IMG/VR virus record: IMGVR_UViG_2840526738_000004
Span: 1-64,000 of that record
Origin: a virus
Taxonomy: Duplodnaviria; Caudoviricetes
DNA: 64,000 nucleotides
Reading direction: 5' to 3' (one strand)
Positions 32,077 through 43,314 of the stretch are shown here, in pieces. Made by a program: the position numbers and the translations under genes. Within the stretch, counting starts at the first letter, position 1; the number at the start of each line of letters is the position of its first letter. A model generated the notes under the pieces. It ran no database searches. It was not told where the DNA came from and saw only the letters and a list, made by a program, of their open reading frames with translations.

Positions 32077-33124
32077 TTCCTGTAATCATTTTGAATTTAT
32101 CTTCATCAAAATTAGGAATATTTCTTATAATATCTTTTTCATGTTGTGTTAATGATTTCCACCATTCTTTTGTCGCATTAGATGTATCAAAAACTTTTAA
32201 ATAACCGTAAGTCGTTTTATAACTAGAATAACGTTCTTTTTCTTCATCAGTCATATCAAAATCATATACCCAATCAACTTTAAAATCTTTAATACGTAAT
32301 AATATACGATAAGCTTCTGACCTACGCCATTGTTCAAATGTAATATCAGTATCTTTGTCAAAGAATTTTAACTTTTGATTAATTGTATTAAAACAACCAG
32401 AACAGAAAGAAGCTATATTCCAATCTCCACTATTTTCATACCCTATATTGTGGTGTCCACTATTGTAATTTCCAGTGTTGTAATCTCCAGTGTTTCGACA
32501 TCCTTTGTTGTAATTTCCAGTGTTGTAATCTCCAGTGTTGTGACCACCACTATTGTAGTGCCCGATATTACAATTCCAAGTGTTACGGTAACCTCTATTG
32601 CGAATTCCTGTATTCCAAAAACCTCTATTTTGATTTCCTGTATTATAATCACCACTATTGTAGTCACCAACATTTTTATTACCGCTATTGTAATTACCAG
32701 TGTTATTGTCGCCGCTATTTTCATCACCAACGTTTCTATCGCCACTATTCCAATTTCCAATATTTTCATTTCCACTATTACGCCTACCAATATTTTTAAA
32801 ACCTGTATTTAAATGCCCCATATTAACAAGTTCAAGAACTTCATGCCACGATAATTCACGATCAATTCTGATTTTATTTGTTGCACATTTTGAATCTTCT
32901 CCATCGCAATCAACATCACCAAGTGCGGTTACTTCTGCTACTTTATTTTCAGGATCAAAAGGATAATAATTAAAACAATCTAGCACATTCTTACAAAAAT
33001 GAAATCCATCGCTGCAACATTGTGGATTTACTTTTTCTTTAAATGTTCTTCCCACTTCGTACTGAAACCCTCTACACGTCCAATCATGGTTAAAAACTTT
33101 ATAACCTTTAACTTTCTTTCTCAT
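32057..33124 (-). CDS. Pentapeptide-repeat (N-x-G-x-x) phage protein
   Basis: N-terminal KGYKVF..DWTCRGFQYEVG...GFHFC domain, more than 25 NxGxx repeats, C-terminal IPNFD...F..ITGI. Confidence 0.88.
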   Translation of the reverse strand: MRKKVKGYKVFNHDWTCRGFQYEVGRTFKEKVNPQCCSDGFHFCKNVLDCFNYYPFDPENKVAEVTALGDVDCDGEDSKCATNKIRIDRELSWHEVLELVNMGHLNTGFKNIGRRNSGNENIGNWNSGDRNVGDENSGDNNTGNYNSGNKNVGDYNSGDYNTGNQNRGFWNTGIRNRGYRNTWNCNIGHYNSGGHNTGDYNTGNYNKGCRNTGDYNTGNYNSGHHNIGYENSGDWNIASFCSGCFNTINQKLKFFDKDTDITFEQWRRSEAYRILLRIKDFKVDWVYDFDMTDEEKERYSSYKTTYGYLKVFDTSNATKEWWKSLTQHEKDIIRNIPNFDEDKFKMITGIDAKED

Positions 33125-33134
33125 ACCAATCCTC

Positions 33135-33860
33135 CTAAATACTCTCTAAATTATCTTTCATATCTTCCTCAAATTGCTCTGATTCTACATATGTTTGATA
33201 TTCACTTATCCTATCCATAACTCTTTTTAATTCATAGTCTTCAAGTTTTCTTTTTACAATTTCTAATTTTTCTTCATCCTTAATAGATTGTAAAAATACG
33301 ATGTATAGGTCTGTTAATAAGTGATACACATGCTGTTCTTTAAAGTTGCGCAATAACACATCAAATTGGGAATTGTTATTAATATATGAATTAATATATG
33401 CTTCTCTGATATCATCATTCGTGACACCTTCGCTATCTAAGAATTCATTAGCAATACGATATAATTTCTCATTTTCAATATCTTCCTGTTCCAATAAATT
33501 GGCATAACCATCAACATAGCATATTGAATAAATTTGCTCATAGTATCCAATCAATCTAAAAATGGTTCCATTTATTTTTTTAATAAGCATATCAATCCTA
33601 TCGTGATTAATTGAATAAGAAACAGTGCCGTCTATTTCTTTGCCACTATACTTGTTTTTAAGTTTGATACGAAATTGAATTACGCTGTCAATTGTATCAA
33701 TTAAATTCATGTTCAATGTTATTACATAATCGTCATAATCAAATAAAGTCCATACCTTACTCCATAACTTTGGGTTTAAGTAGTTCTTAATGATAAAGCT
33801 ATAATCCATTTCATATACTTTTATTACAGGTACCATTTTCTTCCTCCTACGCTTTCGCAA
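33135..33860 (-). CDS. Hypothetical protein
   Basis: Long coupled ORF. Confidence 0.6.
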   Translation of the reverse strand: MRKRRRKKMVPVIKVYEMDYSFIIKNYLNPKLWSKVWTLFDYDDYVITLNMNLIDTIDSVIQFRIKLKNKYSGKEIDGTVSYSINHDRIDMLIKKINGTIFRLIGYYEQIYSICYVDGYANLLEQEDIENEKLYRIANEFLDSEGVTNDDIREAYINSYINNNSQFDVLLRNFKEQHVYHLLTDLYIVFLQSIKDEEKLEIVKRKLEDYELKRVMDRISEYQTYVESEQFEEDMKDNLESI

Positions 33861-34623
33861 TTAAAGTCTGAATGTACTCCAAACCTTTTGGTGTTACCAT
33901 TGTTTCCTTAAACTTCTCAATCGTTCCGTTGTTATCATATGTACGTTCTGTCACTGTAAGGAAACCATCAGTCTTAGCTTTCTTCAATGGTAATCTCCAA
34001 CCTGATTTTGTAGACCTTGTCAATTTACCACGTTCCATGATATCCCACATCTTTTCCAAGTTAGCAATCTTGTATCCATTGCTCACAAGGTAGTTATAGG
34101 CTTCCTCGACGGTCAAAGCATCATCGTCTACAGGTATTTCAGCCAACTGTTCTTCTTGCTTGTCAAGACGTTCTACGAGCTTGTTGACGATAGCTGTAAG
34201 GTTGTTTACAGTGTCTTGCATGACTTTAAAGCTATCAGCCAATGACATAACGATCGTTGCAAGCTGTTGAGTATTTAATGCTGTTTCCTTTGCCTTATTT
34301 TCCACAGCTACAAAATAATTTCTTGCCTCTTCGCCTTTTTCATTTTTAGCTGTCATAGATAGTTTTTTTGCAAAATCAGATGTTAGCTTATAGTCCTCTG
34401 CAAAATTACCTCTACCTTCACTCGTCATGTGGTACGAGTGAAAATCTTCACCTTCTACAGCAAATTCATTTTCGGTGATATTTCTTTTTACCCATTTGGA
34501 ATAATTGCTAGAATTTAATTCCAAAAACTCATACAGCTTTCTCGCTGTTGTCATTCCATTTTCGTCTACACCTAATGCAATCTCAATCGGTGTTTTGTCT
34601 GTTGTTTCAATAATGTTATCCAT
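33847..34623 (-). CDS. AntA/AntB antirepressor with KilAC-like C-terminus
   Basis: TTARKLYEFLE...YSKW.KRNI...GEDF...DY.LT.DFAKKLSM...GEEAR.YF; VTPKG..YI. Confidence 0.9.
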   Translation of the reverse strand: MDNIIETTDKTPIEIALGVDENGMTTARKLYEFLELNSSNYSKWVKRNITENEFAVEGEDFHSYHMTSEGRGNFAEDYKLTSDFAKKLSMTAKNEKGEEARNYFVAVENKAKETALNTQQLATIVMSLADSFKVMQDTVNNLTAIVNKLVERLDKQEEQLAEIPVDDDALTVEEAYNYLVSNGYKIANLEKMWDIMERGKLTRSTKSGWRLPLKKAKTDGFLTVTERTYDNNGTIEKFKETMVTPKGLEYIQTLIAKA

Positions 34624-34680
34624 CGTTATTCCTTTCCTTTACTATGCTCCTTTACTATGCTCCTTGTATCGTGAGCAGCA

Positions 34681-34709
34681 TTGACATAGTTTTTAGATAT
34701 CTATATACT
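34681..34709 (+). promoter_or_regulatory. Consensus sigma-A promoter for type I toxin-like ORF 1
   Basis: TTGACA-17 nt-TATACT. Confidence 0.85.
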
Positions 34710-34793
34710 TAAGTTAGCCTCGTTTCAAACTGTGATGGTAAAATTACCATGTTGAACACCGTTTCAATAGCAGTAATTATGAAAGGAGGCTAG

Positions 34794-34928
34794 ATGGCGA
34801 ATAAACCATCTAAAGAAGGCACTGGACTGGAAATCAGTTTTGGGAAATGGTTCTCTTTGTGCCTAAGTGAAGACACCATTGTCAAACTGATAGTCACTTT
34901 TTTAACAGCTTTTGGCTTGTTAAAATAA
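34794..34928 (+). CDS. 44-aa hydrophobic peptide, type I toxin-like (not in ORF track)
   Basis: MANKPSKEGTGLEISFGKWFSLCLSEDTIVKLIVTFLTAFGLLK. The AAAGGAGG RBS pairs with the 5' leader TAGCCTCGTTTCA. Confidence 0.6.
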   Translation: MANKPSKEGTGLEISFGKWFSLCLSEDTIVKLIVTFLTAFGLLK

Positions 34929-35036
34929 CAGTGCCTTTTCTTAAACTTTTATATATGATATACTTAATTTGTCCTTACCTTTCCGTTACTAAAGGAAGGA
35001 GGATTGCTGATATGACAACACTAAATATCAGCTGGC

Positions 35037-35138
35037 GTGGATAACCAAAGTACTTTAGAGTGTCTCCAAGCTTTAAAGGAGATACTTGAGATAAGCATTA
35101 TGGCTTTAACGTTATATTACTTATCAAAAGGGAAATAG
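35037..35138 (+). CDS. 33-aa hydrophobic peptide, type I toxin-like, coupled to a 10-aa leader (35012-35044)
   Basis: GTG start; MDNQSTLECLQALKEILEISIMALTLYYLSKGK. Start is sequestered by 35034-35046 pairing with 35138-35150. Confidence 0.55.
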   Translation: MDNQSTLECLQALKEILEISIMALTLYYLSKGK

Positions 35139-35174
35139 GTTATCCATGCCTTTTTCTATGTCAATACCACACAT

Positions 35175-35202
35175 GATACAAGGAACATCTTGTATCTTTT
35201 TT
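35175..35202 (+). terminator. Intrinsic terminator
   Basis: GATACAAG-GAACAT-CTTGTATC followed by a T run. Confidence 0.8.
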
Positions 35203-35212
35203 ATTTAGTTAT

Positions 35213-38200
35213 TTATTTCATCTCTGTTCTTAAATAATACTTAATCAATCTTTCTTCACCGATTTCGTCAATAGCTTTTTTTGCTAATTCCTCGGTGTCA
35301 AAGAAAATACCGCCATAATTTCTTGAATTCCAAAAATCAGGTACAATTTTGTTATTATACATGAGTATACAAAAGTTGTTATAATCAAACTTAAACGTTC
35401 TCCTACCATATTTCAGCATGATAGCCTCAACTTTTCGGCGTTCATATTCAAATTTAGCTTCTTGTTCTGTTAAGAAAACATTACCCATTTCTCTTGCTTT
35501 TTTATCAATTTTATCACCATCCCAAGAATATTTTGAAATATCTCCGCAATCTTCGATAATATAATATACATCTTCATTTTCCAAATCCCATACCGTTTTA
35601 GGTTTTGGTTTTATCAATATCTTTTCTAATTCTTTTTCTTTTACTTCATAATCTCCATACTTGTCCATAGCTTCTTTTAGTTTCATATTTTAACCCATCC
35701 TTTCTACATCTTTACATTTACGTTCATATTCACGTTTTAAACTTGTCCAATAACGCCTGTTTTGCTTCCTTTATCGTCTTAAAGCAATCAGATTCTTCCA
35801 GCATATATGACATACCATAACATCCGTATAAAACTCTATTAAAATCTAATTTTATATCAGTTACATAACCAAACTTTATCTGTTCTTGGTCAATGTAATA
35901 AAATCCTTCATTTAATTCAAATTTAGCCTTCATATTTTCCTCCTACACATTAATCGTGTTATTTGATACTTCGGCAAATTGCACATGAATTCCATTTTGC
36001 TGTAAATCTTCAACTAGATCCATAACATTAACTTTTCGTTTCCCAGCATTAGCTTGTCTTATCTTTGCGTTGTAAAATTCACGTTGCAATTGCCTGTATT
36101 TAATTTCTTCATCATTGAAAGTGACGATACCATAGATGTTCGTTCTATCCATGGTATCTCTCACAACTGCTGTCTTTAACATTTCAAATCATCCTCATCT
36201 TTCAAAGGTTTGAGCTTTTTCTTGACGAACTTGTAAATACGTTCGTTTACCTGTTTATAATCCTCTTTATCAGTGCTAACCATAAGTTTTTTAACACATT
36301 CATCCATTAACGGTGTATCAACTATCTCAAACAGGCATGAGTGACCACTTCTATCTTTTACATTGAGCTTTTTATCAATGACCTTACACATTTGCATAAT
36401 TTCATTTTCACACACTAACCTATTTCTTACTACTTTCATTCCAACACCTCCAATGCACCAATCTTGATTTCATAAATCGCTTGCTCATAACCATCTCCGT
36501 AGCCAATCTCATAATCAGCGTTGAAGTAATCTTTTTGCCACAAATAAAGGTTGCCTACGAGCGATACAGCTAACAAGCAACCTAATACACATATTAACTT
36601 TTTCATATCCTAAACTCCTTATTTCAGCTTAAAAAGTTCATTTATATTCACGTGGTCAATTCCAATATATACAAATTCTGCTGAATTATCATGTGCTTCT
36701 TTTAAGCTACATGAGTATGCACACATATCTCCAATATAGCTGTCCGCATTAAATTCCTCATGTTCATCTGCTGTTTCTTTAATATAATCTCTAGCAATTT
36801 GGAAATTATCTGTAATTACATTACTCCATTTTGAGCCATCTTTTTCTTTTATATAAACAATATATGCTTCTTGTTTATTTTCAGGTACATTCCACAAGAA
36901 ACACTCTAGTATGCCACATAACATTGTGAAACCATATAAACTTCCATCTTCATTTTCTTCAAAGTTATCTGCGTATAAATCGCCAGCTTTTCTTTCTAAC
37001 TCAGTTAACGTTCTATCAAACAAATTAGGATCGAGCGCTAATTTATCTGCAAAATCCTCAGTATAAATAGCTGGGCAATAGTACTCGCTATCATTTACCA
37101 TTTCTATCCATTCTTGTAATAATGGGCTACATGTACTGATATTAGGCTTATTTGTTAACTCACGATAATAGCAATCTTGGTTCAAGATATCTTCAATCAG
37201 CTGTTTATCAACTTCATCATTTTCGTTATATATTTCGCCAGACACGAATACATGACCTTCTTTGTTGTTAACCCAATATATGATGTCGTATAATTCATAT
37301 TCATTTTCGCCTTCTGCTATTGTTGTATCAAAACATGCAACAACTTTGACACCATTAAATTCCTTTTCTCTTTCACCGTTTTTAACTTGTTCTAAGTATC
37401 TTAATTCTGCTTCATTAACTTCTATTGACATATCATTTTCCTCCTGTCATTTCTTGCACAACTTCACACATTCTCAAATATAAAAGTTCTCTTAAATCAT
37501 TATCATTTTTGAGATGTACAAATTCTTCTTTAGTTATCGTATCATCACAATCAATACTTTCAAAAGTATTATTATTAGGATTATAACGATAATAGTTTAT
37601 AAATAATTCAAAATAATCATTTGTTTCAACTAAGACTAATTCTTGCGCAATATCACGTTTACTTAACGTCATTAGTACATCACTTTCTAAATCTCTAATA
37701 CTAGTTCTACCGTTAATTACATTAGATACATCTTTTATAATTTTATTTGACATGGTTTAGTCCTCACTTTATCTCTTGAATGTTTGCATATAATCTGTTA
37801 AAATGAAGGCAGGAAGTATTACTACAACCTGCCTAAGTAATTAGCGGTCAATCCACTTTTTAGGGAAATAGACAGCTATGTTAGGAGCATTGAGCACCAC
37901 CATAAACAGCACTAAGCCGATGATAAGTGCTGGGTAACTCAATGTGCAACAAAACGTGTAATTTAGTGCCATGCTTGCAAGGAATAGCGCTGCAAATACA
38001 CGTTTTTTTGGTGTATAACGATACATACTATCATCCTCCTTTTCGTATCGTTTGAGGTGTTGGCAGATGTTTTACTGCCCCCGTTGACACCTCATGTAAT
38101 CTATGAATGGTTTTATTAAAGGGTGCCTTTTACAGCACCCTGTGTTTTTTATTCTACAATGCGCCAGTCGGCATAATGCCCATTTGCGCCATAATCAATA

Positions 38201-41200
38201 GGATTGTCATTTAGATCCAAACCTTCATTCGTGCCATACCAATTACGAACGTACAATTCTTGACCAGTTTGTGTATCAAAGATGACAATACTTTGTTCAG
38301 TATAACATGCGTTCTTGTCTGCTAATTCCATTGCTTCCTCGATTGTGTCGGCATATAGATTACCAGTACCTGTTCTAAAATCTACCATATAGTTTTTCAT
38401 ATTATTTACACCCTTTCCATTCTTCAAATGTAATTTCTGTAATACGTCCTATTCTCCTTGTTTTGTCAGTAAACTTAAGTGTTACATATTCCCTTAACTC
38501 TTTAATTGACATTTCAACCTCATCTTCGTCAAATGTAAAGTCAATATGTGCCCATTCTGGGAATAGTTGCTCTATACTTTCAATAGTTGCACGTTCGTCA
38601 TAAAAGAAACATTTGTTCATTAATTCTTTTAAGATAAGTACATTTATCTTGTTACGTTCTTTGATAAATTCGTTCCACAACACGTCAATTCTGTTTAATT
38701 CAATCATTGTCCATCCCTCAACTTTCTATACGTGCTCGACAAAATTTCAATATCAGTTATAAAAATAAACTATATTGTTATCATTATCTGTGCCCTTTGT
38801 TGGTAGTACATAAATATCAAAGTCCAAAAAAGGTATAGTAAAATTTCGTTCGTTTGCTTTTTCCGTTGAGCATGAGAATACATAGTCATTAACGCAACAA
38901 TTATCCCAATGCAATTCACTTTTCTCAATAAACACTTCATTATCGCCTACAAAGTTCCTTATTTCTTCTTGTAATTGGTCTTCACTAAATCTTTTATATA
39001 CTAATGATTCTAAAAACTGTTCAAAGTCAACTTCTGTAATATGTTTCATTCTATTCTTCCTCGCTTTCTAATCTTCCAATCGTTCCCCATTCTTCACAAG
39101 TATCCATAACATAACAGCCTTTTGTATAAAATCTATATATTATCTCTCTCATGCATTTGGGGTTATTTATAATCTCAAATTGATTGTTTACGTATACCTC
39201 AAATTTATTTTGCGAATTATTACTAAGTATTAGTAACATACCGTCATCATAAATATACAGTTCTGCCAACCGAAACCAGCGCATAGAAGCTTCTACACCT
39301 CTATCTAAAACTCTGTTTAATGTAGCAAGTTTTCTTTTATTGCCTTTGACCTGTTCTAGTATTCTTTGTGTGATTTTACGTGCTGTTCTATTGCTTGCCT
39401 TGGAATACGCACTAAGCATGTTGTTATAATCCTCGTACTCATCTTTATGTTTATTTTCTGATTTCATCATCTCAAATAAATGGTTCTCAGCTTTGACACT
39501 GTTTTTTAGAATTTCCAGTAATTTTACATTATCATCCATTTTGATTACCTCTTTTCTTGGCGTTATGCTAATCAAAAGGTACCCTACTAAGGTACCTTGT
39601 TAACTAATTATTGCTTTTACATATACTATATCGTCTTTACAAGTTGCTTCCATGCATATAATGCGCCAAGCTAGTGTACCCGCTATGACATCCTTAATCT
39701 GTATTGTATCGCCATGGACAAGTACATTACCTTGTGCATCCATTACAACTAAACGACCATATATCATGCAATCTAATAGATGATAAAGAGTAAGATGTTG
39801 ACGAAACATTTCACGATTTATGAAGTCAATAATGATATTGTTGACATAACAACACAATCCTTCTTCACTTTCACAATAATATACTTTTCCACCGTCAAAG
39901 TAATCATGTGTTATAGCAAACATTGATAGATTGTTGTATTCCAAATAATCAATTAACATAAAAGGATCAGTTGTATTTATTAGCTCAACGCATTCTAAAT
40001 TACGTGTTACTGCCTCAATTTTGTGTACACCGTCTTTATAGTTGTATCGCACATCAACGTATTGCTCAAACTCTTGTTTTGTCATGTTAGTTGCCCTCGC
40101 TTTCTCTTAAATCATTGTATAATTGCAATAAAGCATTTTTACACCATTCCATATCTTCATATACGTCTTTCATATCATATGGTGCTCCATTTTTGCCATG
40201 CCCTGTATCGTCAAGCCATAAATAAGTTTCATAGCTTACATCCCAATCTTGATAAGTTATATAAATACTTTCAATGAAATCATCAATGTCATCAGTTTTA
40301 CATAATGTTATACTAAAATCTTGTCCTGCTGGACTAAATTGAGATAATAAATAATTTTCTCTTTCATCAGTAATTGTCCACCCTAATTCTTCGATTTTAT
40401 CTAAAACTTCTTGTATTGTTTTCACATTCAACACATCCTTCTTTTTTTTATTTTAATTTTCTTCACTTTCTGTATATTCATTTTCGATGAAATTTAACGC
40501 TTGTTCCAGTGTTTCAAACCTTTGAAAATCGTCTACCGTTCTTATTTTCAATGTATTTTCATCAAAGTGCCTAACTGTATACTTTCTTTCCATGCTATCA
40601 AAGGTATCCTCACTAGTTACAAATAAGTTACCTTCCATTAATTCGGTTTCGATTTTTGTTCCCCAGTATTCCATAGTATCTTTATCAAAATAGTGCAATC
40701 CTTTTTCTTTGCACATTCTGATTACATCTTTCATTCTTAGCATGTTAATTATCCTCGCTTTCCTAAAAGTCTTCATAATATTCCACAAGCCAGTCATAGA
40801 CCTGCTCAGAACCGCATAAAGCCATTAATTTGTTGTAATTTTCTTTGCATCCTACAAATGCTTTAAAACACTCAGATGCTTTTGTATAACCGAAAGCAGC
40901 TTGAAACTCATCAATATCATCATTACATTGTTCCCAAGCTACAGCATCACGTACTAAACAACCTAAACAATTATATAGTGTAGGTTTTAAAAAACCGGGA
41001 TTACATTGATATTCAAATGTGATACTTGTACCTGTATCAGCTCGTAAAATGTTCACAATGTAACGTTTGTGATATTGAGTAAATGTATTGCTTTGGTCTA
41101 AACTTTCTTGGTATTTATATTCTAAAACATCTAAAAAACTCATAATTACTTACCACCTTTCTCTATTAATTCCCTATGCTTTTCTAATCTATAAAGACCA

Positions 41201-42165
41201 CAACCATTTTCTCTATATTCTTTTAGTCTTTGCTTTGCTAGTTTAAGTGTGTATTCACTACATTCACATTCCCATTCGGTGCCATAGTTGCCCATGATAT
41301 CCCAACGGTCAATAGTTTTTCTTTTATACATTTTATTTTCCTCTTTTCCCATAGTAAAGGGTGTACAATTTAGCACACCCTAATTTAGCTATTCTTCTAC
41401 TTCTACTATTTCATCTTCTTCATCAATTACAACGGTAAAATCGCTTGGCGTAACATTTTCAACACCATTTTCATTATAATACTCAATCTTTCCCATGATG
41501 TTTTCTTGTGCAAATTCTAACGCTTCATTTCTTGTTTCATATCCTTCATCAAAGGCTACCATGTTACCGTCTAACCATATTTCATATTTATATGTCATAA
41601 TGCATAACCTCTTATCTTACTTTCCACAATAACAGCCATTCTATCCACATATTGCCATAAATCATAACGTGTATCAAAATCAATTAATTCTAGTTCATGA
41701 GCAAATTCTATTATTCCTTTTGTTTTTTGAATTCTATCATACATAAACCCTAAATTGTTATAATTTTTATAAGCGTAAAATAAAATTTCCAATCTTTCAA
41801 GAAATTTAATAACTTGCTCATTTCTAGTGTCAACGTCTACTACAAGTACAGCTTCTTTAAATTGATATTTCATAATGCTTACCTCGACTTTCTTATAACT
41901 CATAATATCTTTCTTTATATGCCAGTAACTCGCTACAATAAAATCTACAATTTACATCTTCTGTTTCAAGTATTTCTCTTAATGATGACACTTCATCAGC
42001 ACCAACAGCATCTTGAATTGCCTTGAACATCTCACTCACAATGATACAACCATCAGTATCCAACTTCATTCCATATTCATTTGTTTGTCCACTGTATTCT
42101 GTATCTGTTACGTCATATTCATTGATTAATTCATTGATTGTCTGTTCTACTTGTTCAAATGTCAT
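35213..42165 (-). CDS. Early region: about 20 small, mostly acidic hypothetical genes
   Basis: Densely packed co-oriented ORFs with Firmicutes-type RBSs; no recognisable enzymes. Confidence 0.7.
38120..38141 (-). terminator. Early-region terminator hairpin (related hairpins at 37807-37834, 39576-39598, 41358-41381)
   Basis: AGGGTGCT-GTAAA-AGGCACCCT-TTAAT on the minus strand; the others are similar GC-rich intergenic stems. Confidence 0.7.
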
Positions 42166-42194
42166 GTTCTTTTCCTCAACTTTCGTTGTAATTC

Positions 42195-42752
42195 AAAGGG
42201 CAGACCATTCAGCCTACCCTGTTAACCATTCATAATTTACATGAGATATCAACCTCACGCCCTAAAATTAGGGATTATATATTTCATATTGGCAACTTGT
42301 ACATTGCCAATCAAAACATATTTTGATATAATGATGTCGTACAAAGTACAACACCAACTACACGTAACATCTATGATTACTTGTAAACTCAAGACTAGGT
42401 TTTCAATCCTAGCAGGCAGGTGCCTTATAGTTCAATGTCACATGATTCAATTTTCAAATATCTGTACATTACAGCTATTCTCACGCACTTGTACCGTTTC
42501 TCAACGTGACGTATGCATGTTTCACAACATTCACACGTGCCCTTTGAATGCTAGTCAATTGGAAATAAACCGTAAAACTTAATGGTTTAAAGCCTCAGTG
42601 ATTAATCTAGTTTTCTGTAGTTTATAGGTTTTTACAAGACCTAGTAACTTGTGTACTTTTTGTACAATTCAATTTTTGATTTTGTCATAACGGCTAGGGT
42701 TACACAACTTAACTTTGTCAGGGTTTGTTTTGTGTTGCCCTTGTCATTTGAC
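42195..42752 (-). ncRNA. Candidate large structured leader/ncRNA of about 560 nt
   Basis: Starts after a consensus promoter, has no credible minus-strand ORF, contains many hairpins including GNRA loops, and ends in a terminator-like stem at 42197-42220. Confidence 0.55.
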
Positions 42753-42758
42753 ACCTAT

Positions 42759-42787
42759 ATGATAATCGATAAATGATTACATGTCAA
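42759..42787 (-). promoter_or_regulatory. Major leftward (early) promoter with nearby TGTCA repeats (possible operators)
   Basis: TTGACA-17 nt-TATCAT; TGTCA/TGACA recurs several times in about 42680-42790. Confidence 0.8.
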
Positions 42788-42883
42788 CACTTTTTGAGAA
42801 CTTTTTTTAAAATTTTTTTGCTAATTCTAAAACTATTGATTTTTCTTTCTATATATACGACTAACAAAAAGGGTGTGAAATAT

Positions 42884-43258
42884 ATGAGCATTAAGGCAAA
42901 AACAAAAGCTTTTATAGCTATGAAAAACATAAATCTTACCAAAATGGCGAACGAAAAAGGTATAGCAAAACAAAATTTGTCTAGGACTTATGGCAGAGAT
43001 ACACTCAAAATAAAAGAGTTGTTGGAATTATGTGCTATTGCTGATTGTAGACTGTCTATTGTTGATAATAGAACTAACCGTGAATTAATAAATTATAACA
43101 AGTATGATATAGCGGCAGAAATTATAATGGATATGATTAATGGCAATAACAATGATAGTTTTGTTGATATATATGATAGTTACAATAGCTATAATACAGC
43201 CGAGGAGCCAACACAAGAACAGCCCAAAATGAGGAAACCAATATCACGTAAAAAATAG
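42884..43258 (+). CDS. XRE/HTH transcriptional regulator (CI-like), divergent from the early operon
   Basis: MSIKAKTKAFIAMKNINLTKMANEKGIAKQNLS HTH. True start is probably 42884, not the track start. Confidence 0.8.
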   Translation: MSIKAKTKAFIAMKNINLTKMANEKGIAKQNLSRTYGRDTLKIKELLELCAIADCRLSIVDNRTNRELINYNKYDIAAEIIMDMINGNNNDSFVDIYDSYNSYNTAEEPTQEQPKMRKPISRKK

Positions 43259-43270
43259 CAACACTCATAT

Positions 43271-43314
43271 GTACCAGTTACCCGTCGGGATTACTCGCAA
43301 CTGGTACTATTTTT
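43271..43314 (+). terminator. Intrinsic terminator
   Basis: GTACCAGTT...AACTGGTAC followed by TATTTTT. Confidence 0.8.

Noticed and set aside
32375-32966. Several overlapping ORFs in other frames
   Set aside because: Shadow frames created by the 15-bp repeat.
42241-42582. 113-aa plus-strand ORF
   Set aside because: No RBS, atypical composition, and antisense to the structured leader.
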